In this document: positions 1-9,698 of the stretch, in pieces
Layout of the letters: each line of letters begins with the position of its first letter
How positions within the stretch are numbered: the first letter of the stretch is position 1
Assembly: GCF_014280175.1 (NCBI RefSeq)
Contig: NZ_CP047931.1
Location: 1,530,001-1,562,000, forward strand
Direction of reading: 5' to 3'
From: Synechococcus sp. A15-28
GTDB taxonomy: Bacteria; Cyanobacteriota; Cyanobacteriia; PCC-6307; Cyanobiaceae
Length of the DNA: 32,000 bases
Notes under the pieces: generated by a model
Seen by the model: only the letters and a program-made list of their open reading frames with translations
Told to the model about the DNA's origin: nothing
Databases searched by the model: none
Translations under genes and position numbers: made by a program

Positions 1-805
1 GTTCCTCCAGAACCTCATCCACCACACCAAGCTCCAGCAGGTCGCCGCCGGTGATCCGAAGGGCCGCCGCCGCATCGGGGGCCTTGGCCGCATCACGCCA
101 GAGGATTGATGCGCACGCTTCCGGACTGGCCACGGTGTAGACGCTGTGCTCGAACATCAGCAATCGGTCGGCCACTCCGATACCCAGGGCTCCACCGGAG
201 CCGCCCTCGCCGATCACCGTGGCGATCACAGGGACCCGAAGCCGGAACATTTCGCGCAGATTCACAGCAATGGCTTCCCCTTGCCCCTGCTCTTCCGCCT
301 GAAGCCCTGCGTAGGCCCCAGGGGTATCGATGAAGCTCAGGATCGGGAGCCGGAAGCGATCCGCATGTTCCATCAACCGCATGGCCTTGCGATACCCCCC
401 AGGAGTGGCCATCCCGAAGTTGCGGGCGACGTTCTCCTTGGTGTCACGCCCTTTCTGATGGCCAATCAGCAGAACAGCCTGATCCCCAAGACGCCCGACT
501 CCACCGACCAGGGCCTGATCATCGTTGCCCCGCCGATCACCATGCAATTCGATCCAGTCGTCGCAGAACATCTGGATGAAATCCAGGGTGCTGGGACGAT
601 TCGGGTGGCGGGCCACCTGAATCTTCTGAGCCGGGGTCAGCCCCTGGAAGATCTCCTGACGACGGCGGGCGGCCAGGGACTCCAGCTGATGGAGCTGCTG
701 ACTGACATCCACCTCGGAATCCCTGGCGAGCTGACGAATCTGTTCGATCTGCTGCTCCAGTTCAACCAGAGGCTTCTCGAATTCCAGTAGGGGACGGCGA
801 GGCAT
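1..805 (-). CDS. accA: acetyl-CoA carboxylase carboxyltransferase alpha subunit (N-terminal ~268 codons; gene runs off the left edge)
   Basis: Absent from the ORF track because it is open at the window edge. Minus-strand translation from ATG 805-803 gives [27 protein letters not shown]...[11 protein letters not shown]...[27 protein letters not shown]...[22 protein letters not shown]...[38 protein letters not shown], a canonical AccA sequence. The plus ORF 146-790 is its antisense shadow. Confidence 0.93.
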   Translation of the reverse strand, partial: MPRRPLLEFEKPLVELEQQIEQIRQLARDSEVDVSQQLHQLESLAARRRQEIFQGLTPAQKIQVARHPNRPSTLDFIQMFCDDWIELHGDRRGNDDQALVGGVGRLGDQAVLLIGHQKGRDTKENVARNFGMATPGGYRKAMRLMEHADRFRLPILSFIDTPGAYAGLQAEEQGQGEAIAVNLREMFRLRVPVIATVIGEGGSGGALGIGVADRLLMFEHSVYTVASPEACASILWRDAAKAPDAAAALRITGGDLLELGVVDEVLEE

Positions 806-815
806 GGCGATGGAA

Positions 816-1856
816 TCAGGCGGCAGCGGCCTGGGCAGAAGGGTTGAGGTTCAGCGTGGAAAAACCATGGCGCACCGAAGCAGCTCCGATGAAGTCCATT
901 TTCTCGAGGGTGATGTTGTTTCTGCCCCAGCTGAAGTTCGTGTGACAGCGTTCGAATTCCAGCAGCATCGCCTCGGCGAAGCAGGCGAACATCTGTCGCT
1001 GGGGCTTCTCCATCTCGGCAATTTGCATCATGGTCCAGCCGATGTCCTTGCAGAACTCGACAATTCCGCCCTTGAGCACGTGAATGCCGCCACCGGCAAC
1101 CTTTGAGTCGAGGTTTTTCGGGTAACCCCCATCAATCATCAGACAGGGCTTGCGCAAGCTGTCCTGATCAATCTCCAGGGTGCGCGGCATGCTGGCGACC
1201 CACACCACCACGTCCGCCTCGGGCAATGCCTCATCAAGGCAGAGGATGCGACCACCGCCGATCTGGGCCTGAAGGTCCAGCAAGGGCTGTTGCTGACGGG
1301 CCACCAGCAGCAGTTCTCCGACACCGGTCCGCGCTGACAGCCAGCGGCAGACCGCACTGCCGATGTCGCCGGTGGCGCCCACCACGGCCACCTTGGCGGT
1401 TTTCAGATCGATGCCAAGGGTGGGTGCATTGTTCTCCACCTGACGGCAGATCACCCAGGCGGTGTGGGTGTTGCCGGTCGTGAAACGCTGCCACTCCAGG
1501 GTCGTGCTGCGCACCGTCTGGTGCTGCAGCAGGTTGAAATTCTCAAAAATGATCGAGGTGAAACCACCGAGGGCGGTGATATTGATCCCCTTCTTCTGTG
1601 CCAGCTCCATGGCATTGAGAACCTTCCGCCGAGCTGTTTTGAACCGACTCAGCATCTCCGGAACGAAGCAGGAATCGATGTAAGCACCCTTGATCGTGGT
1701 TCCTGTGGGGCTGGAGATCTCCACGTGTTCCACGAGCTGTGGCGGAGCACTGCACCACACATCGAGATCTCCATCCGCAATGTGATCGAAACCCAGTTCC
1801 ATCGCCTTGCGACGGGCTGCATCGAAGCTCGTTGAATGCCCGATCAGACCAAACAT
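816..1856 (-). CDS. aar: long-chain acyl-[ACP] reductase (alkane pathway AAR)
   Basis: 346 aa. Has the [13 protein letters not shown]-terminus and a Rossmann motif [12 protein letters not shown]. Full-length resemblance to cyanobacterial AAR. Lies directly downstream of ado and 10 nt upstream of accA. Confidence 0.93.
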   Translation of the reverse strand: MFGLIGHSTSFDAARRKAMELGFDHIADGDLDVWCSAPPQLVEHVEISSPTGTTIKGAYIDSCFVPEMLSRFKTARRKVLNAMELAQKKGINITALGGFTSIIFENFNLLQHQTVRSTTLEWQRFTTGNTHTAWVICRQVENNAPTLGIDLKTAKVAVVGATGDIGSAVCRWLSARTGVGELLLVARQQQPLLDLQAQIGGGRILCLDEALPEADVVVWVASMPRTLEIDQDSLRKPCLMIDGGYPKNLDSKVAGGGIHVLKGGIVEFCKDIGWTMMQIAEMEKPQRQMFACFAEAMLLEFERCHTNFSWGRNNITLEKMDFIGAASVRHGFSTLNLNPSAQAAAA

Positions 1857-1902
1857 GCACCCGCTCTAAACACGCCGCTAAAGACGACCCGATCGCCCAT
1901 GC

Positions 1903-1920
1903 TCCCACGGCGACGTGGGA
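1903..1920 (-). promoter_or_regulatory. perfect 7-bp stem / 4-nt loop hairpin in the ado-aar spacer
   Basis: tcccacg-gcga-cgtggga. All 7 pairs are Watson-Crick (5 are G:C). Not followed by a U-run on the transcribed (minus) strand, so it is not a classical intrinsic terminator. Confidence 0.5.
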
Positions 1921-1963
1921 AGACGATCAAGGTCCTGTGAACAAACCGGCCAACGGTCTTGAC

Positions 1964-2683
1964 TCAGACCGAAAGGGCAGCAGCAGCCATCCGGGCAATG
2001 TCTCTTGAGGTGAAGCCGATTTCACCGAGTGCTTCCTGATAGGCGATCAGAAAATCCTCGATCAGGTCCTCCTTCTCCATGTGAAGGACGGCTGCATCGG
2101 AGGCAACCTCCTCCAGCATCGAGCGAATCAGGGGAAGGTTGGCTTTATTGGCCTCGAACAACTCGTCCCTGCTGGCTTCGAAATTGGCCTTCAGCCATTC
2201 CTGGCCGTAGTTGAGGTGGGTGTACTCGTCCTTCACCACGCCTTCCGTGATCTTGCGGGCGAAAGGATCGGCCACGGGAATATAGATGTGATAGGCCGAG
2301 ATCGCAAAGGCTTCGATCAGCAGGGCCTGAATCAGCAGGCAGGTCACCACCTTGCCCTTTTTCAGGGCCGCCTGGAAGTTGCCGTGCAAGGGCTCGAAAA
2401 ATGTCTTGGCGAAAGCCATATCGGCCTCCACACCGAGGTTGCGGCCACAGGATGTGAAGCCCTTCATGTGCTTCATCTCCATCCGGGCCAACTTCGCCAG
2501 CTCATCCTTCTGATCAGGGATCAGGGTGCCGAGGGAGATGTAGTTGTCGTGAGCTTCCTGCTCACCCTCAATGACGATCGCGTTGATGCGGCTGTAGGCA
2601 TCCTTGTAAGCCTCAGTGGTGAAATCAGGCAGCGCATCAAGCCCCTCCACCACAGCTGCCTCGGGTGCATTGAGGGTCGTCAT
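1964..2683 (-). CDS. ado: aldehyde-deformylating oxygenase (ADO)
   Basis: ORF 1964-2782 trimmed to ATG at 2683 ([11 protein letters not shown]...), giving 239 aa. Contains ferritin-like di-iron ExxH motifs ([20 protein letters not shown]) and the conserved [12 protein letters not shown] block. Confidence 0.93.
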   Translation of the reverse strand: MTTLNAPEAAVVEGLDALPDFTTEAYKDAYSRINAIVIEGEQEAHDNYISLGTLIPDQKDELAKLARMEMKHMKGFTSCGRNLGVEADMAFAKTFFEPLHGNFQAALKKGKVVTCLLIQALLIEAFAISAYHIYIPVADPFARKITEGVVKDEYTHLNYGQEWLKANFEASRDELFEANKANLPLIRSMLEEVASDAAVLHMEKEDLIEDFLIAYQEALGEIGFTSRDIARMAAAALSV

Positions 2684-2759
2684 AGGACGTGGTCCACCAC
2701 TTTCAGTGCGACCGAGAATAACCAGGACCCAAGACCTTGGAGAGGTCAGCGTTCTCAGT

Positions 2760-3590
2760 TCAGGACGCAGAGGTCCTGTCAACGGGCTCCGCAGGCGCCG
2801 GCCAGTCGCTCACCAGCAGAGCGCGTAAGCGCTTAGTCCAATGCAGCACCAGGCGCTGTTCCAACGCCTTGCCAAGCTCTGCGGAAGCCGTGCTGCTATC
2901 TCCGATCACACCACTGCGACTGAGATCCTCCATCAACCAGGCGGAGGGAGCCGCCCCCTCGAGACTCCAACCGCTGGGGGGACAAGGCGTGCCCTCCAAT
3001 CCAGGCAGACCATCCACCGGGCGCTGTTCACCCACCAGCTCAGAGGCCAGATGAAGCATGAGTGAGGTCTCCGCCAAGCCGGCGTGAAGACCGTTCTCCA
3101 GCTCATCCTTCGGCAGGAGATCGACAAGACCGTCAACTCCACTCCAGAGGAAACAGGGCAGAACGGCCATCGCCGGACAGCGTTGCCGCAACTCTCTGGC
3201 CGCCACCTGGAGCAGGGCGATCTGGCCCCCATGGGCGTTGAACAGCACCAGACGACGCCATCCCATGGCGGCCAGCTGTTCCCCCAGCTGCACCACCACA
3301 GCGATCAGCAAGTCCGAGGAGAGGCTGAGGGTGCCGGGGAAGGATCGATGCTCAGGGGAGAAACCCACAACCTGGGTCGGCAAGCGCCAGATCGGCAGGT
3401 CGGGACCGAGTTCGGCCAAAACCGCCTCTGTGATCCGTTCGGCAAACAGGGCATCCGTCTCCAGGGGGAGATGGGGACCGTGTTGTTCACAGGCACCGAA
3501 GGGCCAGATCAGGGTTGAACCATCAGCGTTGGCCATCGCCTGGATCTCAGGCCAGGCGAGCTGCTCATAGCGGTGCTGATGGCCAGTCAT
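2760..3590 (-). CDS. creatininase (creatinine amidohydrolase) family protein
   Basis: 276 aa. Family motifs [15 protein letters not shown] and LFNAHGGQ are present. ATG at 3590. Confidence 0.8.
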   Translation of the reverse strand: MTGHQHRYEQLAWPEIQAMANADGSTLIWPFGACEQHGPHLPLETDALFAERITEAVLAELGPDLPIWRLPTQVVGFSPEHRSFPGTLSLSSDLLIAVVVQLGEQLAAMGWRRLVLFNAHGGQIALLQVAARELRQRCPAMAVLPCFLWSGVDGLVDLLPKDELENGLHAGLAETSLMLHLASELVGEQRPVDGLPGLEGTPCPPSGWSLEGAAPSAWLMEDLSRSGVIGDSSTASAELGKALEQRLVLHWTKRLRALLVSDWPAPAEPVDRTSAS

Positions 3591-3660
3591 CGAAACTCCC
3601 TCTGCATGGTCCCAGGCCAGTCCCTCCCTGTCAGAATGATCGATCCATCATCTCTGGTTC

Positions 3661-4887
3661 ATGGCCGCAGCCGGCAGTTCGCAGCCCAATCGCCCCAAGG
3701 CACCGCGAGCGGCCGCGACCCCTCCGCTCCAGGTGATGAAGATCAACCGTAAGGAGGAGCAGGAGCAGTTGCAGCGCGAGGCGGCTGAAGCGCGTGCCGC
3801 TGCTGAAGCTGCAGCCGAAAAAGCCCGGCTACTGGAGGAGAAAGCGGGTCTGATGGGTCCCCCCAGAACAGCCTCGACAGAGGCTGATGAAGATCGATTC
3901 GACATGGGTGCCATGGAAGGCATGACCATGGCGGATCTGATGGGAGCGCCCGACAAGGCGCCCCGCCGTCAGGAGGACAGCAAGCCGCGCAGCGTTGACG
4001 ACTTCGATTTTGATGAAGAGGCCTTCCTTGCCGCCCTGGACGAGAACGCTCCAGTCGGCACCACAGGAGAGGTGGTTGAAGGAACGGTGATCGGCCTGGA
4101 GAGCGACGGCATCTACGTCGACATCGGGGGAAAAGCCCCAGGATTCATGCCCAAAAGCGAGGCCGGCCTCGGGGTCATCACCAACCTGGGGGAGCGGTTC
4201 CCCAAGGGGCTGCAGGTTGAAGTGCTGGTCACCCGTGAGCAGAACGCCGACGGCATGGTCACCATCAGCTGCCGGGCCCTTGAATTGCGCAAGAGCTGGG
4301 ACAAGGTCAAGGAGTTCGAAAAGGAAGGGAAGGTGGTGCAGGTCATCGTCAACGGTTTCAACCGTGGCGGTGTGACCTGCGACCTCGAAGGTCTACGGGG
4401 GTTCATTCCCCGATCCCAGCTTCAGGACGGCGAAAACCACCAGGAGCTCGTGGGCAAGACCCTTGGGGTGGCCTTCATCGAGGTCAATTCAGAAACCCGC
4501 AAGCTGGTGCTGTCGCAGAAACGTGCTGCTGTGGCAGCCCGTTTCCAGGAGCTGGAGGTGGGACAACTGGTGGACGGTGTGGTCGCCGCGGTCAAGCCCT
4601 ACGGGCTGTTCATCGACTTGGGTGGAATCAGCGGCCTGCTGCACCAGTCCGCCATCACCAATGGCAGCCTGCGATCCATCCGCGAAGTGTTCGATCAGGG
4701 GGAGCGGGTTCAGGCCCTGATCACGGAGCTGGACCCCGGCCGCGGACGCATCGGTCTGAACACCGCGTTGCTGGAGGGACCGCCCGGTGAACTCCTGGTT
4801 GAAAAAGACAAGGTGATGGCAGAAGCCAGTGATCGGGCCAGTCGCGCCCAGAGCATGCTCAAACAGCGGGAACAGGACGCCGGATGA
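3661..4887 (+). CDS. 30S ribosomal protein S1-like RNA-binding protein (three S1 domains, low-complexity N-terminal extension)
   Basis: 408 aa. Three S1/OB repeats: GEVVEGTVIGLESDGIYVDIGGKAPGFMP, GKVVQVIVNGFNRGGVTCDLEGLRGFIP, GQLVDGVVAAVKPYGLFIDLGGISGLLH. Start uncertain, with an alternative ATG at 3736. Confidence 0.85.
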   Translation: MAAAGSSQPNRPKAPRAAATPPLQVMKINRKEEQEQLQREAAEARAAAEAAAEKARLLEEKAGLMGPPRTASTEADEDRFDMGAMEGMTMADLMGAPDKAPRRQEDSKPRSVDDFDFDEEAFLAALDENAPVGTTGEVVEGTVIGLESDGIYVDIGGKAPGFMPKSEAGLGVITNLGERFPKGLQVEVLVTREQNADGMVTISCRALELRKSWDKVKEFEKEGKVVQVIVNGFNRGGVTCDLEGLRGFIPRSQLQDGENHQELVGKTLGVAFIEVNSETRKLVLSQKRAAVAARFQELEVGQLVDGVVAAVKPYGLFIDLGGISGLLHQSAITNGSLRSIREVFDQGERVQALITELDPGRGRIGLNTALLEGPPGELLVEKDKVMAEASDRASRAQSMLKQREQDAG

Positions 4888-5765
4888 CCACCACTCCGAC
4901 GCTCGGCGCGGATTGGGAGCTTGACTTCTATTCCCGACCGATTCTTGAAGCCGACGGACGCAAGCGCTGGGAACTGCTGATCACAGCGACCCCTGCTGCG
5001 GATGCCAAGGACACACCTTTCCGTTTTTCAAAACGCTGCCCATCCGGAGAGGTGAATTCCCTCTGGTTGAGTTCCGCCCTGGAAGAGGCCCGACAATGCG
5101 CCCTCGATGCAGGCTGGCCGGCACCTCGACGCCTGCGTTGCTGGCGCAGCTCCATGCGAACCATGGTGCAGCGGGCGGCCACGGAGCAGGATCTGGAGAT
5201 GATCGCCAGTCGTCGCACCTACGCGCTTCTGGATTGGCTGCAACATCGCGAACAGGAGGTCTACCCCCAGGAGGAGGGCTTCATGGCAGGGCCTCTTGCT
5301 CCACCACCAGCGCCGATCGCCACCCCAGCAGTGCCTCTGCCCGAAGAGGTGCAAGGCGATGCCTGGTCCTGGGCGTCTTTGCCGGCGGATCTTCTGCGTG
5401 ACGCCTCGGACTGGCCGACCAGTTTCAGCGGCCTGTTACCCCTGCCAGCAGGACTGGACAGCGACCAGGCGGTTCCTGGACTTCGTCTGTTCAGCAACAG
5501 TCGCGCCCTGGCGATGGCCGGCTGGCTCGGAGGTCTTGAGCCGGTTCGGCTTCTGGTGGAAGGTCGTCAGCTTGTGCTGGAGGCAGGGCAGGACGACCGC
5601 TGGTTGGTCAGTGATCTGGATGCAGCCGCGGCAGATGCCATCGCTGGGGACCTGGCCCGGTCGAAAGAACTGGGCAAGGGGCTGCAATTCATCGCCATCC
5701 AGACCAGCCCCGAAGAGCAGGCGTTCGCAGGCTTCTGGATGATGCGGGATATCGCCACCCTTTAG
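4884..5765 (+). CDS. Tab2/ATAB2-family RNA-binding protein (DUF1092)
   Basis: 293 aa. N-terminal WELDFYSRPILEADGRKRWELLI block is typical of the Tab2 family. Its ATG overlaps the S1 stop (ATGA at 4884-4887). Confidence 0.8.
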   Translation: MTTTPTLGADWELDFYSRPILEADGRKRWELLITATPAADAKDTPFRFSKRCPSGEVNSLWLSSALEEARQCALDAGWPAPRRLRCWRSSMRTMVQRAATEQDLEMIASRRTYALLDWLQHREQEVYPQEEGFMAGPLAPPPAPIATPAVPLPEEVQGDAWSWASLPADLLRDASDWPTSFSGLLPLPAGLDSDQAVPGLRLFSNSRALAMAGWLGGLEPVRLLVEGRQLVLEAGQDDRWLVSDLDAAAADAIAGDLARSKELGKGLQFIAIQTSPEEQAFAGFWMMRDIATL

Positions 5766-5776
5766 GACCCATACCG

Positions 5777-6589
5777 ATGGAAGGCCGGGATCCTTTCGAT
5801 CGCCCCGACAACAGCTTCAACACCCTGCAGGGCTGGACCTGGATCGGTTGCTACGGGGGGTATTACCTGCAGTGCGACCGTCTGCATGAAGCGGGTTTTG
5901 AGCACGGATTCTTCACACGACGCTGGCAGGGTCGAGGCCCCGACGAACTGGCCGGTTACATCAGCGCTGGCATCAGCGTGCACCGCCCGCAACAGGTGCA
6001 CAGCGGCGTCGTGCTCGCCGCCGACCGGGCCAACGGCGAACCTTGGCCTGAGGGTGATGGTCTGGTGAGTACTGCCGGGAGCCAAAGCCTCTGGGTGTGC
6101 GGTGCCGACTGCACCCCTGTGCTGATCGCTGATCCCGGCACCGGCCACGCCGCGGCCTGTCATGCCGGCTGGCGCGGTGTCGCGGCCGGGATTCTGCCCA
6201 CGGCCCTCAACCGCCTGTTGGAACGGGGTGCCCGGCGGAAGGATCTGGTCATCGCCCTGGGCCCAGCCGTGAGCGGGCAGCACTACCAGGTGGGAGAGGA
6301 GGTGGTGGAGGCCATCGCCGCATCGATTCCAGGCGATGTGGACCTACCTGCAAGCGGAGCTGTTCTGCCGGATGAGCAACCGGCTCGGCATCGTCTGGAC
6401 ATCCGTGCTGCTGCCCGGTTGCAACTCCAGCAAGCGGGGGTTGCCGGCGACCAGATCGCCCACTGCCCGCTGTGCACCGTGAGCGAACCTGACCTCTTCC
6501 ATTCCTGGCGACGGGATCAGGTGAAGGCGGTGCAATGGAGCGGCATCGTCAGTCAGGCCGTTGCGTTGGAATCCGATGCCAGCAGCTGA
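5777..6589 (+). CDS. pgeF: peptidoglycan editing factor PgeF / YfiH (DUF152) family protein
   Basis: 270 aa. Motifs GADCTPVL and CHAGWRG are present, with a SWRRD C-terminal block. Confidence 0.85.
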   Translation: MEGRDPFDRPDNSFNTLQGWTWIGCYGGYYLQCDRLHEAGFEHGFFTRRWQGRGPDELAGYISAGISVHRPQQVHSGVVLAADRANGEPWPEGDGLVSTAGSQSLWVCGADCTPVLIADPGTGHAAACHAGWRGVAAGILPTALNRLLERGARRKDLVIALGPAVSGQHYQVGEEVVEAIAASIPGDVDLPASGAVLPDEQPARHRLDIRAAARLQLQQAGVAGDQIAHCPLCTVSEPDLFHSWRRDQVKAVQWSGIVSQAVALESDASS

Positions 6590-8238
6590 CGAGCCAGCGC
6601 TTCGGCCGCCCGGATGCCGTCAATTCCAGCCGAAAGAATGCCGCCGGCGTAACCCGCCCCCTCCCCTGCCGGCACCAAGCCCTGCACATTGAGGGATTCC
6701 AGCGCCTCATCCCTGGGTACACGGACAGGCGATGAGGTGCGGGTTTCCACGCCGGTGAGCACCGCATCCGGATGGTCGTAGCCCTTCAGCTTTCGGGCAA
6801 AGGCTGGCAACGCCTCCCGCAAGGCCGAAGTGATGGGAGTTGGCAGCAGTTCTGCAAGATCGGCGGGATGCACCCCTGGTTGATACGAGGCTGCAATGGC
6901 ACCCAGCCGAGTGGATGGCCGCGCCGCCAGGAAATCCTCCAACCGCTGTGCCGGTGCGGCGTAGCTGTGTCCCCCCAGCCTGAAGGCACGCTCCTCCAGC
7001 TCCCGTTGCAGGGCAATTCCCGCCAACGGATCCCCGGGGAAGCGTTCAAACGGGGCCAGATCGTCGGCATCGAGGGCCACGACCAGACCGCTGTTGGCGT
7101 TGCGCTCGTTGCGGGAATGCTGGCTCATGCCGTTGGTCACCACCCGGCCTTCTTCAGACGTTGCGCCCACCACAAATCCTCCAGGACACATGCAGAAGCT
7201 GTAGACGCAGCGACCGTTCTCGGCATGGTGCACCATCTTGTACTCGGCCGCCCCGAGACGCGGATGGCCCGCCGCCTCTCCCCAGCGGGCAGCATCGATC
7301 AAGTGCTGCGGATGCTCGATCCGCACCCCCACCGAAAACGGTTTGCGCTGCAGCTGCACACCGATCTGCTCCAGCATTTCAAAGCAGTCCCGAGCTGAAT
7401 GACCGGGGGCCAGCACCAGATGGCGGCAGGGAATCTCCGTTCCATCGGCCAGCACCAAGCCATCGAGTTGAAACGGCTTCTCAGCACTGATGTCGCTGAG
7501 CTGAAGGCGTGTCACATGACTGTTGAAGCGCACCTCACCCCCCAGGGCTTCGATCCGAGCCCGCAGGCCGCGGACGACCGTGGCGAGCTTGAACGTGCCG
7601 ATGTGGGGGCGGTGCAGCGTGAGGATCTCCTCGCTGGCACCACAGGCCACCAGCTCCTCCAGCACCTTGCGGCCGTAGTGCTCAGGATCGCTCACCTGGC
7701 TGTAAAGCTTGCCGTCAGAAAACGTTCCGGCACCGCCCTCACCGAACTGGGCATTCGATTCCGGGTTGAAAGGGATGGTCCCCCGCCAGAAGCCGAAGGT
7801 GTCAGCGGTGCGTTGCTTCACGGCCTGACCCCGTTCCAGCAACAGCGGGCAAAAGCCCATCTGCGCCAACAGCAGAGCAGCGAAGTAGCCACAGGGGCCT
7901 GCTCCGACCACCACCGGCCGTTCAACAGAATCCAAGGGGAAGCCAACGGGGGCATGACCGACGGGCCGGTAGCGGGTGTCGGGAGCGGGACGCACCCGTC
8001 CCTTGTTGCCGATGCGTCGCAGCAGGGCGGCTTCACCCTTCACCTGCACATCCACGCTGTAAATCAGCTGAATCCGATCGCGACGACGGGCATCGATGCT
8101 GCGCTTGACCAGCCGCTGCTCCAGCAGCTGTTCCGGCGTAACCCTCAGACGCCGGAGGACGGCCTGCGTTAACTCCTCTTCGGTGTGATCCAGCGGCAGC
8201 TTCAGCTCAGCCAGTCGCAGCATCAGCTTGCTTGCCAT
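6553..8238 (-). CDS. FAD-dependent dehydrogenase (COG2509-type, NAD(FAD)-utilizing)
   Basis: 561 aa. MLRLAELKLPLDH N-terminal block, dinucleotide-binding VVVGAGPCGYFAALLLAQMG, C-terminal GEGAGYAGGILSAGIDG. Alternative ATG at 8223. Confidence 0.85.
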   Translation of the reverse strand: MASKLMLRLAELKLPLDHTEEELTQAVLRRLRVTPEQLLEQRLVKRSIDARRRDRIQLIYSVDVQVKGEAALLRRIGNKGRVRPAPDTRYRPVGHAPVGFPLDSVERPVVVGAGPCGYFAALLLAQMGFCPLLLERGQAVKQRTADTFGFWRGTIPFNPESNAQFGEGGAGTFSDGKLYSQVSDPEHYGRKVLEELVACGASEEILTLHRPHIGTFKLATVVRGLRARIEALGGEVRFNSHVTRLQLSDISAEKPFQLDGLVLADGTEIPCRHLVLAPGHSARDCFEMLEQIGVQLQRKPFSVGVRIEHPQHLIDAARWGEAAGHPRLGAAEYKMVHHAENGRCVYSFCMCPGGFVVGATSEEGRVVTNGMSQHSRNERNANSGLVVALDADDLAPFERFPGDPLAGIALQRELEERAFRLGGHSYAAPAQRLEDFLAARPSTRLGAIAASYQPGVHPADLAELLPTPITSALREALPAFARKLKGYDHPDAVLTGVETRTSSPVRVPRDEALESLNVQGLVPAGEGAGYAGGILSAGIDGIRAAEALARQLLASDSNATA

Positions 8239-9445
8239 CGGCCTTCATTCGATCAGATGACGTCCCCTGAAGCAGGCCTGCCACCGCCCGACCCGACGGG
8301 GTCATGCCGGCCCGCAGGCGGAAATCACTCGCCGCCGCCCTGAGGCGCAGCGACTCGCCCTGCTGTCGATGACGCAGGGCGGAGCAGAGATCGACGGCGT
8401 CCTGATCAGGATTTACCCAGCCCATCGGATCAGGGTTCCCTTCATCCGATACCGGCAGCGGCGCCGCTTCCACCAGCGCCAGCACGCGCGCCGTGTCGTA
8501 GCCCGCCGCCGCGAGCAGGTCGGGGGCCTCCCCCCAGCGGCGGCTGAACTGCTGTTCAAAGGCCAGCCAGTTGTCACCACGGGCTGGATGTTCCAGGCCG
8601 AGTTGCTGCCAGGGCACCTGGGGCAGATCCTGCAGCGCGTCCGGATCGGACAGGTACACCCAGTTCGGAGTCCAGGGAGCACCGCCACCGAAGGCACCAT
8701 CGCGTTGCTCCCGCCGCAAGCGGGAGGCCAGAGGCCCGTCGGGTTGGTCGGCCACCACCACCGTCCCGGCCCATGAGAAGGTCATGTCCTTGCGGAAACG
8801 ATCCAGCCGTTGATCATCCGTTGGATCCACCTGCTGAACCGGGGTGGTTTCGTAACTCTCCACCAGACCACCAGAGGCTTTGTAGTGATCGACGAAGGTC
8901 GTCGACAAGGTGGCTTCGAGCGAATTTGGATCAGCCACCACCATGGCCCGCTCCCAACCGGCTTTGAGGGTGGCCTCCACGGTGGCCTTGACGTCATCTT
9001 CAATCGATGGGACCAGCGGCCAGAGCTTGTCGCGGCCCTTGAGATCCCTGAGGGTGTCGATCGACTCACCGCGCTGATACGGAAGCAGAACGCTGATTCC
9101 GAGATGCTGAGTTAGGGCGCTGAAGGCGCGTAGATCGGCTGAGGGTGGCGCCACGACGATGTGGTGATCACCGCGGTGAGGCAGGTGTTCAAGCGGAGAC
9201 TGATCTGGCCTCAGTGAGACCCAACGCACCGCAGGCAGGGGATGACCGCAGGCCCTGACCGTCGCCTCGCCAATGGAAAAGCCCTGAAGGAAGCGATTGC
9301 GAAGGGTTGCGTCGCCTGGAGCCGAGGGCAACATCACGACGATCCTCTGTCGCGGTATCGCACTGGAGACGAGGGCCTGGCAGCCGATCACGACAGCTGC
9401 GAGACAGGTCCAAGAAAGCCAGGGACGCGGTGCCGACCTCGACAT
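8207..9445 (-). CDS. hypothetical lipoprotein (possibly periplasmic-binding-protein-like fold)
   Basis: 412 aa with GC3-biased codons. Signal peptide with lipobox-like VVIGC. Segments such as IVVMLPSAPGD and LLAAAGYDTARVLALVE are reminiscent of type-1 PBP/LpoA-like folds, which is weak evidence. Confidence 0.7.
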   Translation of the reverse strand: MSRSAPRPWLSWTCLAAVVIGCQALVSSAIPRQRIVVMLPSAPGDATLRNRFLQGFSIGEATVRACGHPLPAVRWVSLRPDQSPLEHLPHRGDHHIVVAPPSADLRAFSALTQHLGISVLLPYQRGESIDTLRDLKGRDKLWPLVPSIEDDVKATVEATLKAGWERAMVVADPNSLEATLSTTFVDHYKASGGLVESYETTPVQQVDPTDDQRLDRFRKDMTFSWAGTVVVADQPDGPLASRLRREQRDGAFGGGAPWTPNWVYLSDPDALQDLPQVPWQQLGLEHPARGDNWLAFEQQFSRRWGEAPDLLAAAGYDTARVLALVEAAPLPVSDEGNPDPMGWVNPDQDAVDLCSALRHRQQGESLRLRAAASDFRLRAGMTPSGRAVAGLLQGTSSDRMKADGKQADAATG

Positions 9446-9476
9446 GAAACGGGAACGCCAACCCCACCAAGTGAAG

Positions 9477-9698
9477 CTAGTGAGAACGGTTGTCGTCGTC
9501 CGGTTTTGTCACCGGATCGTCGGACGATGGAACCTGGGACAGCAGTCCGGCCCCCAGCAGTGCTGCACCGATGGCGATGGCCAGGCCGCGGTTATCGGCA
9601 GCAGCGCCCTGCCCCCAGGCCGCCGTTGCCAGGAATGCGCCGCCGAGCAGGAGACAGGGCACCAGAACGATGCCACGGGCAATGCGGTTGTCTGCCAT
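9477..9698 (-). CDS. small two-helix membrane protein, hypothetical
   Basis: 73 aa. Two hydrophobic segments (GIVLVPCLLLGGAFLATAAW, LAIAIGAALLGAGLL) and an acidic tail. High GC3. Its ATG directly abuts the stop of the upstream gene (TGAATG). Confidence 0.6.
   Translation of the reverse strand: MADNRIARGIVLVPCLLLGGAFLATAAWGQGAAADNRGLAIAIGAALLGAGLLSQVPSSDDPVTKPDDDNRSH

Noticed and set aside
146-790. 214-aa plus-strand ORF at the left edge
   Set aside because: It is the antisense shadow of accA. The minus strand translates into a canonical AccA sequence across the whole region, and the plus ORF product matches no family I recognise.
2684-2782. 33-codon N-terminal extension of ado
   Set aside because: As far as I recall, ADO proteins are about 230-240 aa. 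The extension would consume the whole spacer and overlap the creatininase gene stop. ATG 2683 gives 239 aa.
3636-3651. Short inverted repeat ATGAT-cgatcc-ATCAT in the creatininase/S1 divergent spacer
   Set aside because: The arms are only 5 bp in an AT-richer spacer, which is within chance expectation. There is no further support.
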